DNA of 64,000 nucleotides from Owenia fusiformis (taxonomy: Eukaryota): NCBI GenBank assembly GCA_903813345.2, contig CAIIXF020000001.1, forward strand, positions 20,398,001 to 20,462,000, given 5' to 3'. Below, in pieces: positions 26,366-38,600 of this stretch. The position numbers and the translations under genes are program-made. Under the pieces are notes generated by a model that saw nothing but the letters and a program-made list of their open reading frames with translations, had not been told where the DNA came from and ran no database searches. The stretch's first letter is position 1. The number at the start of each line of letters is the position of its first letter.

Positions 26366-29079
26366 TTTCAGCTGGTATTTATATGACAAACATAAGGCAT
26401 TTTTAATATTTCAGGCAATACAGGATGGAAACGTGCAGCGTGCAAGAATACGTGCTGAAAATGCTATAAGACAGAAGAATCAAGCATTGCAATATGGATG
26501 GTTCAGTGCAAGAATTGATGCAGTAGCACAAAGGGTTCAAACTGCGATAACTTCGAAACAAGTGAGTTAACATATAGAAATCCTTAGTGTTAAATGTCTA
26601 CAGTAAAACCGGTATATCCGAACACTTCTCTAATCTCAACAATTCACAATGTGAATATCCTTTTCAGCCCATTTCAAAAACTTCCATAGACTGAAAATTA
26701 AAAAAACTGCCAACCCAAATTAAATCCTTTTTGTCAGTCCCAGTGGCGTGGAGACAAACTTTATTGTATTTATGGGCCTGTGTAATGCAGACACAGTTCT
26801 AAATATTTTGATACATTTAACAATAAGTTTGATACATTTAACACCGAGTTTTGTCTATTTTAACACCAAGTTTTAACACTAAGTTAATGAAGAATGTTTT
26901 GATGTTTAGTTGACAGGATCGATGGCAAGATTTGTTCAGTCCATGGATACAGAATTGAAGAGTTCAAACTTGGAAAAGGTAAGTTGAAATCGCATTCAAA
27001 GCTAAACAGCATCACTCTCCTTTTAATGCATAAGTAAGACAAATTTTGGTCAGTCTGCAGTCAAGTACCACCATTATCTTTGTTACAATGGTTATGTCAA
27101 CTGCATGGACAACGACGTTCTTCAGCTACGAAATTTTATATTTCAATTTTACATATCTCTCAAGGCCCCGACTCTAACATGAGCACATTGCTCGCGGGAA
27201 CTTGCTCGCGATATACGGGGTCTGGATAGTCATCGTGATTTCAGTGTGTGACACAAGTGCAGCCTAGAAACCCACACTGCCAATTAGTTTTGACATGGGT
27301 CAACTGATTTTCAACATATTTAGGAAAGAACATGGAAACAGATTCATATTTAGTTAGTCTGAAACCCTTTAACCCCCTCTGTATTTTCTATTCGATCTAT
27401 TTACTTTTAGGTGGCAGAAATCATGGACAGATTTGAAGAGCAATTTGGGGATTTAGGTGTTCAATCTCAGGTAATGGAATGCACCATCAGTAACACAACT
27501 ACTCAGACTGTACCTCAGGCTGAAGTGGACAGTCTCATACAAGAAGTGGCTGATCAACACGGGTAAGTGAAAAGGTACAGCAAGTTGCTACTACAGTCGA
27601 TATGCTTTAAAACACTGCACTAGACCGGCACTTAGACTACAAAAGATTTGCGTAATGATGAGAACCACCTGTAATGGTTTAATTCACAGGGGCTTCAAAC
27701 TGAAAGATCTCTGATGGGTATAAATTACAAGATGTGAAGGTGTTCTTTTAATCATCAATATCTACAGATAACTAGCCATCAAATGGCATTATCCTGTTTT
27801 GCACAATTCACCTGCAACCGACTTCTTCAGTTCATAATGAGCTATATACATGTATTTTATTCTTCATTTAATGCCACTTTCGTTTAATTTAGTAAGCCCT
27901 CCAAGTGTACCTTGTATTGTCAATTAAATGACATATTTTATCTTATTTAGACTTGAGTTGAACATGGTCCTCCCTTCTGCATAATCTGCAACTGTAGCTA
28001 CGGCCAGGGCAGCCTCGACAGATCGAGAACAAGATAAACTATCATAAAGACTTACTAAATTAAGAGCCATGTAATATGAGACCAAATCATAAGCACGACA
28101 TCGACAATATATTGAGGATATCAACAGGACAACCAACTGTCAGATTTGAATGCAATAAGTCGAAAACAGAATACAATGTTTTTTTGGGGATTTATCTATA
28201 TTGTAAACCCTTAGAAGTAATAAATATGGCTTCTCTAAGCCAAAATAATCTGAAGGAAAAAGCCAATCAGACTGGAACAAATTTGAGCGGGCTTTTTAAA
28301 TTTTTATTTGAATTTCTATTGATGTAAGTGGAAATTCATGGCTAGGAACAATCATCGATATACTGTTAACGAATTAATTCAAGCCTCAGAATTGATGAGT
28401 TGATAAACAAACTAAAGCAAATGTTAGCTAAGTTTTGTGATGTTTTAAGCAATCTGCAAAGTTTCCCACCCTCCCATCCCCTTTGCTCTTACTTACGTGC
28501 ATTTGAGGGTAGTTAATTAGGGTAGGTTTAGCGTAGATTAACAGTAGGTGAACCGTTGGGAAGTATCCCTTTGTATGGAAGTTTTGTTTTCTGATTACTT
28601 TGTTATGTAATCTAATGTAACTCTATGTAATTTCTTTTGTTATGTAATCTTATGTAACATTACGTGTGATTATACAATATACTTTCTACAGCTCCAAACA
28701 CTTTTTTGTTGTTTCATTTATTTAAATCAAATAACACGAAAAATCAGAGGGTTACTCTAATTATTTTTAGGAGACCCGATCTCTTTAAGCGTTCCGTTTT
28801 TGTAATAATAGTGAGGAATAATTATGATCATTCTTGCGCCTTGTGAACTATTCGTTCATAAATTACTGTATTAGATTTTCATAAACATACTCTTTGCGCT
28901 AGTATATACATTACTGTATTGATTCGTTGGCTTTGCGTTCACGGTTGCGTTGTGAAAGATATCAATTATTACACATAAACAAACGAATTTACGTTCGTGA
29001 AGCTTATGAGTGACTTTTATAAACAAATCAACAGTTGACAAAGACCTGATAGATATAAAAAATCACGAGTATTTATATA

Positions 29080-29483
29080 TTGTTCTATTGAATCACGATT
29101 TACACATTTCTGATACTTTCAGAAGTATCATTCAGCATAAATCCAGGATTGATATATTAGTACTCGAAGCGCTAACAATATTGGTAATCCAGCGTAGTTT
29201 TACATTCAGTATCGATTCTTTTGACCAATCAATTCGAGGCTTTCTGTATCGCGTTTCACTTACAGTATATGGCATATTCCGCAGGTGAGTATGCCATATT
29301 CCGCAGGAGAGTATGACATATTCCGCAGTGAGTATCGGTATTCACTGAAACCAATGTATCGCATAATCCTGCGGAATATGGCATACTCACCTGCGGAATA
29401 TACCATATTCACCCGTATATACTATATTCACCCGTATCACAAATACCGCACAACCATGAATATATGCCATATTCCGCGTAACA
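29080..29483. mobile_element. 5'-truncated copy of the 19897-20527 element
   Basis: Shared blocks (aatccaggatt...tattagta...ggtaatcca...cgtagttttac; catattccgcaggtgagtat) and the same terminus CCGCGTAACA. Confidence 0.75.
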
Positions 29484-30018
29484 GGTTTGACCAACTCGGG
29501 CTTGTATGACTGCCAAAACTGGATAATCATTACAAAAATGAGTATTATTTTTTGAAAATATAAATATTTTTTCTGAAAGTAGCTTCATGACCTCTTGATC
29601 CATTCCTTGTATGCCATGTATGGAATGAGTTATGTGTAGCTGAAAATAACGATGTAATTCTAATTAGAGTCATTGAAATTTCTGAACTTTACTAAAAATT
29701 CAAAATGTCAAATGGAGTACCATGGTTTTGAAAAATTACCAATATCATGTGATTCGCGTCGTGTAGTCACGTGACTCTCGAAATGCGGAAATAAAACTGT
29801 TTGAAAGCTACGACCAAAATTACATTGGATTTTCTGAAATCAGTTGTTATTGGATCATGGAAAAAACTACAACAGACGATATCTAGTTGTTTTAAGAATA
29901 TACAGGTATGTAATATCTATGTCTAAGCTCGCTCATAATTGACTTTAGAGAAGTTTAAAAAGTGAACTTACAAAATAGTGGGCGATAATAAGGTAAAGAC
30001 AGAATGTTTTGTGATTTA

Positions 30019-30252
30019 CAGTTGGGGACAAAAATAAATGACAGGTCGATTTTCGATCACCATTTCCTAATTATGGTGGTCTGAAAGCCCATAATTTCCA
30101 ATATTGTCTAGATATATATCCCTTAAAATTTGTATATTTTACATTTTGTATAATCTCATCCACTGTATGGCCTCTTGTAAATTCTCTTATTTTTAACATG
30201 GGAAATCCTCACTTCAGCAAATCCACCTGTCATTTATTTATGTCCCCAACTG
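30019..30252. mobile_element. Tc1/mariner-derived MITE (copy 2, inverted relative to 3483-3715)
   Basis: Same TIRs and TA flanks; the interior is the reverse complement of copy 1 with few differences. Confidence 0.85.
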
Positions 30253-30779
30253 TAGTGATATCAAAGTTAATTGAAGTTTGATTGGGCTAGCCCAATACTA
30301 ATAGGGGCTGGATCTTGCTCCGGATCTGTGGCCCAAATCAACTTGTATCATTATTGAATTCCAATCATTCGAATCTGAATCCCAGTTTCAAATCTTAGAT
30401 CTGATAACGACAAATTGAAAGTCCTTTATAATAGTGGTCCTAATCCAAATTGTCCGAATCCCATTCATCTGTATCCCCATCCGTGACCAAACCTATGCGA
30501 TTCTCTTTAGTGCAGATACATGTAGCGCTATGGCAAACACTACAAAGCATTAACATGTAGAAATGTCACCTCCCGCCATTCATTATAGTCTAGATGCCAA
30601 CTTTTGGTGTCGCAATTTGCATATAATCGAATAATCTACCGCTTGGGAGAGTTTGAGACATGAACTTAGAATTTAGCTCATTGTGACAACTTTTGATGGT
30701 TGAGGTTTATTAATGTCTCTGACTATACCTACGACGTTTTATTCCACATTCACACATTTATATTGATATTGAAGCGATA

Positions 30780-31612
30780 CTACTACTTTTTTCAAGGCCT
30801 GACTGCGTCGCTAACATGCTAAATATAAGAGTTAGCTGACGTTTGGGAGTCTGACTTACCTTCTAAAGGTTAGAACCCGAATCTTAATGAAACCATATCA
30901 CCTTTGTTCCGTCAACCATGGAGCATTTGCCACAACATCCAAGAGGTAAATCATGGATCGAGAAAATGAATGATTTCCTTGTAAGTTCCGGAAGTTTCAA
31001 TACGAAAAATTACCGAACATATGTGAAAACCGAATATTTGTTCGTTGTTTTCACGATTTACAGGTTCGTTTGTTCTTCAATGTTTTGGTCTAAATTATAA
31101 AGCATTACCAACAGGTCTTACTCTATTAATCGACTAATACAGCAGACGGCTCATATTTCTACGTAGCATTTCATTCAGACCAATAGTGGTAGTGTAGATC
31201 ACGCAGTTTCGTTCGTTGCGTACTTCACTTGAAATTGGTAATTTTAAATATTGACTACTTCACTTAGCTTGGCGGATGTAGAACATTGCTTAATATTCTT
31301 TTAATTTTCACACCAGACATGCTTGGTTGACACGTCAATAAAGTAAAGTTCAAGGGTCAATGCGTTATTTCGTGATAACTACAACGCCTTCCCGGAAGTC
31401 AACATTGATGAAAAATGAAAAAGTCGGAAAAGCATTTACGCTAATTTCTATCAAATGCTATGTTTATGCATCATCATCGACGCAACAAAGGTGATATGGT
31501 TTCATTAAGATTCGGGTTCTAACCTTTAGAAGGTAAGTCAGACTCCCAAACGTCAGCTAACTCTTATATTTAGCATGTTAGCGACGCAGTCAGGCCTTGA
31601 AAAAAGTAGTAG
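30780..31612. mobile_element. Element with ~129 bp apparently perfect terminal inverted repeats
   Basis: 30780-30908 is the reverse complement of 31484-31612. No clear TSD. Confidence 0.75.
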
Positions 31613-31693
31613 AGTCCATTTCACTGCTTCATTTCGTCAGTAGAACGGCAAAAATAAGAAATTGGGAGACCATTGTGCAATAATATATGGAAA

Positions 31694-31920
31694 AGTATAT
31701 TCATAATGTACATGAATGACATTTGTATATTTCAGATTTTTTAGTTTTTTGTACAATAAGCCTGTGCCGTCTTGTAATTTGAAGAATTTCAGCCATGTTA
31801 ATCTTATTGAAAATAACATGGCAGAGAAACATCCAAATATAAGAGTCCGCACACTTTATAAGCCAAACTAGAAGCAATCCAAGATATACAAATGTCATTC
31901 ATGTACATTATGAATATACT
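31694..31920. repeat. 37 bp perfect inverted repeat pair
   Basis: AGTATATTCATAATGTACATGAATGACATTTGTATAT (31694-31730) and its complement (31884-31920). Confidence 0.75.
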
Positions 31921-32642
31921 AAGTAAGGATGGGAAAAACATGCTTTTGGTATGGAACATTTTCAAATGGAAAGGAAGTCACTGAAATGGATAGTAGAACA
32001 GTAGTTTTAATTTTACACTTCCATAAAAAAACTTCCATATAGTCTTCCAATTGATTCTTTTGAGTACTTTAATCGTGAAAAATAAGACTTGGCTAAAATG
32101 ATACTGCCACTTACCTTCCGGAAGTTAGTAAAACAACCTAACAGCAAATAACACTTTTTGTGCCAACCATTGAGCTAAAGCACAATATCCAAGAGATAAA
32201 GAATAGAGAGTGAAATAAAGTGTGATTAATGTTAATCCAATGGGGAAACTTACGGGGATGTGAGTGATAGGTAAAGTTGTCAAAAAGATTTGGAAAAATT
32301 ATCACATCAATTTTACCCCAAAGGGAAACCCAATGCATGTCCCGAGCATGACTTTTTCCTAAAATTTGGTAACTATTTTGAGCCATCCTCATGGATCTCT
32401 GTTATACATTGCATGATATATACACAAATTTTCGCAAAATTCATGCATTTAATTTTTCTAAAAAAGTTATATTATAATAAAATTATGCTCATTTTATAGT
32501 TACATATGCTACATAAAGACAAGTTGTTTTTGTTTTATAGATGGGGACAAGAGTCCAAAATATCAACTAACAACAGATTATCAACAACAACAACAAACAA
32601 CAACAGTATTATCACATACAGGACTTATAGTGGATTACAAAC

Positions 32643-35600
32643 ATGATGAGTGCCAGCCAGGTTCTGTTGTTCCTTGGACTGTGTGTTGTGCTAACTATGG
32701 GTCAACAATGGTCCTGGAGCCCATGGGACCCTAACAATCCATCAAATACAGACTGGCAACAGGCAGGAACAGATCAGAGTAAACCCTTTTATGAGAATGA
32801 CCCATTTAATCCTTGGTGGAGGTAAGGGACTTCATTTAAGGATTTAAGCCCTGGACTCTTGTGGACGGATTGTCATTCCTCCAAGGTGGTCTATCAAATT
32901 TTGCATGAGATTTGCAGAATTGAGTGTTAAGTTTAGGAAACAACCCCTCGGTGGAATGAATCAGCCACAATGCATTGAGTCCTAGACTTAAATTCTTTTC
33001 AAAGAATATATTTTCAATGTAACTTTTTGCAAGGATCAAGTTGGCAAAGTCTAGTAGTTGTCACCTTGACAACCATTCTACAAATGACCTTGGGTTGAAT
33101 GTTGGTTTGGTAATGCAATGCGGTTTATGAAATAGCTTGTTAATATTGACTGGAATTGGACACACCTTGCCAATCTATGTGTGACTTTGTCATTAAGCAC
33201 TTATATTTAAAGATAAAGGTACCAGCATTCTAAGGCCCGCTCATTCTATGACCCATGGGCCATTCACCATTCATTAAAGTTCACTGAAAATAATGCACAT
33301 TATCTCTTATTTCCAATGTAATCATAGATTTTTCAGTCAAAACGTATGTTTTTTTTCTTTACATGCTTTAAGCATCATGAATCATTATTCCTTAATTCAA
33401 TATTTTCAGTGTCTCCAATGGGAAAGATAATTATGAATAAGAATTTTATGATCAACTGTGTACATTGGCTTCTTGATAATTTGAAATTTTAATTCCAGAT
33501 ACAATCCAGAGGTGAGGGCACGTACACTGTATGGAGACATAGCAGGCTTCAGTATTCCTATAGAGGAGAGAGAAAACCCGACCACTGGAGAAATCTACAA
33601 GAAAAGAATGAATTTATTTCTGGGAGTTCCTTATGCTAAGCCCCCCATTGATAATCTGCGTTTCATGGTAAGTAAAGGCTTTAGTAGCTATACGAGTATG
33701 TAAGGTAGATACACAGTAGTGGCCTAAAAATTGATTACCAATAACAGGGCTTGCATTAACGGCGTCCCATACATGTTAAGGACTCAAAAATAATTTGGAG
33801 GACGCAAAAATTGAAAATATTTCCGTTTTTTGGACGCAAATTTTTTTAGGTCAATACTACAATGTGTTTACAACGATACCTAACAAAAACAAATAACTAT
33901 GATCTCTCACCTTTATTTGAATCGTAAATAAGGCTCAACATGTTGAATATTTACAAATAATCATGATTCTCTCGAATTTTTCGACTTTGTTTATTTTTAG
34001 ATTTGAAACCATGACACGCCACAGTTTTTCCTATTCAGAAACAAATATTAGGTTATTCATGAAATAAAATGTATTCATTGTCGAATGAATGAACATGCAT
34101 TTATTCAGTCCGTACTTAACGTTTACTTCCGTTTTAAATTCGCGGCAAGAAATCAAAAACTGAAAGGTGTTTTGGTAAAAAATGCTTTTAAAATAAAGTT
34201 ATACCTCAAAACAGGCTAGAAATAGGGGACACACTTTTTTTCAAAGGACACACTTTTTTAAAAAAAATTGCGTCCTTGGGACTCACAAATTTTCTAACCT
34301 AATGCAAGCGCTGCCAATAATCTGTTCTTGCTCTTTGAAAAATGAGATCACAAAATTTATATGGCAGATCATTTTATGATGTGTGTATATGACTTTCATA
34401 AGTAGGACCTGCCTGAAGAACTAAGCTTTGGCCACATGATTGTCTTCTCAAGAGAGGAGTTGCTTTCCTTGATGATTACAATATCTCTTCCTACTTTATA
34501 TTGAGGCCTTTAGTCCTAATATAAGGGGCAGACCATTAGATCTTTGGGGAGTAATTTTTCTGGGTAAAGAAAGTTCAGTTTTGAAGACAAGTATCACAGG
34601 CTTCAACTCTCTTATAATATTGAAGATCCTATCTACGGTTGAACATACATGGAAATGGAGTGAATTTGAAACACTCAGTTTGCTCTATAAAGTTCATAAT
34701 TATGTTTTCACTTTCAAGCGGCCACAGTCACCAGAGCCTGTAAGTTAAGAATGAAGGACTACAGTTGACGGATTTAGATTGTTTTGGAGTTGTTTCAAAA
34801 AAAAGCTATTTTAAGTGTTAGTATGCCTTTTTGAGAATAATGACATCATGAACAGAACTGCTCTTAAATAAAGATTAATCAAGGTTTCAAATGATAATAT
34901 TTAGAATTAATGAACTTTGGTTAGTTCAAATTGCCACCATTATATTTGGTTGTTTGTTTTATAAACTGTTTGTGGAAATCAATTTGGCACCAGAGATCCT
35001 CCAAACCTAAATATTGGCATACTGACACTTTAATGGCACAGACAGGTTATTTGTGTACTGGTCTATGTTAGGGTTTACTAGTTTGTGTTACAGGGTATAA
35101 GGGACTGGTGTAGGAATATCCCTGCTACTACTACATGTATACATGTATCTAGTGATATTTGAAACAAACAAAACTTTATAATATAGCGCAGAATAGTTAA
35201 CCTCGAATTGACATTCAATATTCAATCATTGTCTAAGCATACACAATATATACACTGTACTCGTGGTACCATGTACTTTACTTTAATCTTGGCAAGTCAT
35301 TGTTTTTAATCAGTGTGCTATTATTTCTATATTTTAGAGACCTGTTAAGCCTGTGTTCCCAACAAGGATCTGGGAGGCCAAGTCATACCCCCCAGCCTGC
35401 CCCCAGCCACTCTGGTACATCAAGAGAGATATACCATCATTCACAAATAGGAACATTAGTGAAGACTGCCTTTATCTCAACATATTCCAACCCAATGTAA
35501 GTGTTTCATACACAACAGAAGAAGTGAACAATATAATTCAATCATTATGTTGATGATCTTAAGAGCAAGAAATGGAAAAAATATATGAATTTTGATTTGA

Positions 35601-38600
35601 TATATTCAAAAGGATCAACATTTTGTATCTGGTTAAATCAATGTGCAATATTTTTTAATAACTAGGAATTGAAACTACATGTATCTGCATAATAGGTGGT
35701 CGGCACTTTCTCAGCTTAACTAACATTACATTATTTTTCAAATACTCCATTTTGAAAGGTTTTGATGAAGCCATGTTTACACCATATAATAACCATGGAT
35801 TTGTATTTCAGATAAGCAGCAATCCTGCGAGCCACAGGTATCCAGTGATGGTCTACATACATGGGGGTGACTTCCTCTATGGGTCTTCAGAACAGGCTCC
35901 AGGACTTATCATCGCACAACACGACATTGTATTTGTGGCGATGAATTACAGATTGGGGGCACTTGGTATGTTATGTAATGATTTTATTAGTGTAGAATGT
36001 GTATGCATAAAATAATCTGTTTTCTCTAGGACAATCAAAGTACATTATAACAAGTTTTCAATCATTATTTTAATTTTTATTGACAAGGTAAAATTTAGGG
36101 TAATATTAGTCTTTTGCTTGTTGGTAATTGATAAATTTTATGTTACAGGTTTCATGAGTACCCAGGATGCATATTCTTGGGGTAACTATGGGTTATGGGA
36201 CCAGAAACTTGCCTTGGAGTTTGTTAAAGATAACATAGAGAACTTTCAGGGTGATCCAGACAGAGTGACTCTAGTAGGTTCAGGGGCAGGGGGTCAGAGT
36301 GTGGGGATGCACATGGTCAGTCCACGCACCAGGTCTCAAGGTATTGAACCCATAAGATAACATTACACACTATCAGTTTGCCATCATAAAGAGCCATTTT
36401 GTTTACCTTTTCAAACAGCACATGTAATATATGAAATTGATATTACGACCTTTCATGGGACCTTGTTTTTAGATGTTTTCTCAAATGCGATCTAATATAT
36501 GATTCCAGGTTATTTTCACAAAGTGATATTACAAAGTGGGACTGACATTAGTCCACAGGCCTCTGTAGAACCATTCTGGAGACCTGAGACATTTGCTGAA
36601 GACCTGGGAAGACTTGTTAACTGTCCCACAAACAATCATGGACGAATGGTGCGTTGTCTGCAGGAGAGGAACTTTAATGAGATTCTCAGTGCACAGTTTA
36701 GGATTGGTCTTCAAGCTAAGGAAGCATGGAGACCAGAGTCAAAGCATTGTCCTGGTGCAACTACCAGAGTGAGTTTCTTATAGACTAAATCTATATTTTC
36801 ACTTACTTGTTAGGGTATCATCTTCAAAATGAAAGTTTCATGGAAAAGTCATGGCACCATTAATCAATAACCCAGATGCGAGTAGAAATAATCTTGATTT
36901 ACGTCATTAAAAATTCAAAATTCAGTCAAAGTAATATCATTTGGTAACTACCTACTCGCATTTGGGTAATTATCAAAGTTCATTTATACTTTTTTGCCTG
37001 GCACTGAAATGGCAGTGAATCTTTCAAAAAGTTTCATTATGACTATGATTTTGTCATGATTATATACTGTTTAACATAGAATCATATGAATACTTAAACT
37101 CAAATAAATGCTTATGCATCTGTGTTGTTATTGTTTGCTCATTGTATTCCAGCCTGGTACAGTTGAGAACCCCTGGGCTCCTGTACAAGATGGTATATAC
37201 AACTTCCTGCCTGAAACACCCATTGATCTCAGGTATTCAGAAACATTTTCCAAAGTGCCAATGATGATAGGTTTCAACAGACACGATGGTGCAGAAAAAG
37301 CAAGTATGTATACATACAGTGTGAAGGTGATCTCTTCACAATTTAGATAATAAATCTTAAAAAGATGTTGTTTGTGTTGAAATGATTATTATGCTTTGGA
37401 TAGAGATGGATTTTATGTGATGTTATGGTCACCAAGTTTTTTGTGACGGTTGTTGGCATTCTGCATCCGGAGTTCAGCATCTGTAACAAATGGCAGGTGG
37501 TGATATTTGGCATGTTAATGCTTTGTTTTGTGTTGAAAAGATTATGCTGAATGGATTTCATCTGATTTTTCTTTATGTCTATATCACCACAAATGACAAA
37601 AATTAACCTCATTTTTGGAACCATAATGTTGATTCTTTAAGACAACTTCATCCCTGAATGTTATAGTTTAATCAGTTCTACACCTGCATCATAGGATGTC
37701 TTTGTTTATTCAGATTATACAATCAGGAACCTGGAGAATGGACTGGAGGAGTCAGCGTACCAGCAAGCTATCTGTCAGTACCTAGATGACTATAGGATTT
37801 ACCATCTAGACAATGCATTTGAAGCCATTCACTTCCACTATTCCTGGCATGCTGAACCAAACAATGACACAGCACGTAGGGAAATGTTATATGATGTAAG
37901 TTGAAACAAAACACCGATGTTTTTAAAAAATTTTAATTTGCTAAAAATCGCCCTTTCTTATCTTATTTTGACGCAAATTGCTTACCTTTTTTCATGTCTT
38001 ATTTCATTTTCAAATGTTTTCTGATATTCTTTCGCTTTAAAACTGTTTTAGCTAGTCGAAATGAACCATTAATCTAAAAAAATTACTTTACTTTCATTTC
38101 ACCGTTACTATGTTCTCGGATGTACCAGCGTACTCTTATTAATTTGTTCTGTTCGATATTTTAGTGCATTAGCGTTCGGTATTTCAGTGCACTTTTCTCG
38201 AACTTTTTCTCGATGTACATCGCGATGTGCATCGATGTTTACTACTGAAAATTGCTGATGCATCGATGTACGATTATGGCACATCGCGACAACACTACTA
38301 CTTTCTAGACATTCAACTTAGCCTAGTATATTGATTTTCTTACTGGATCTTCCAATTAGATAATTTGAAGTCAAGCTATTGCTATTAGGGTGTTCATTTT
38401 TATCATAACTTTTATTTTTCATTTTTATGTCCTCACCAAAAGTGATGACACATTTTTATATTCTCAAACTTTTTATGGACACTCTTCGGTGGCAGTTTGT
38501 ATGTATAACAAATGGTGGTGACATTTTGCATGTTAATGCCTTGTTTAACCTATATAATTCACATTTATATACATGTATATATACATTTCAGCTTTATACA

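Larger units (their letters stand above)
25110..28074 (+). pseudogene. CHMP1B: CHMP1B (ESCRT-III) copy with two in-frame stops in the last exon; first coding exon not found
   Basis: Exons 25110-25207, 26415-26561, 26910-26978, 27411-27562, 27951-28074 splice in frame: HLFNLNFAVK...ARIRAENAIRQKNQAL...SARIDAVAQRVQTA...MDRFEEQF...VDSLIQEVADQHGLELNMVLPSA*...EQDKLS*RLTKLRAM*. Premature TAA at 27982 and 28045. Confidence 0.8.

Noticed and set aside
27982-28047. TAA read as Gln (alternative genetic code) in CHMP1B
   Set aside because: The same exon ends on TAA at the expected position, and the long exons of neighbouring genes contain no in-frame TAA/TAG, so the standard code applies.
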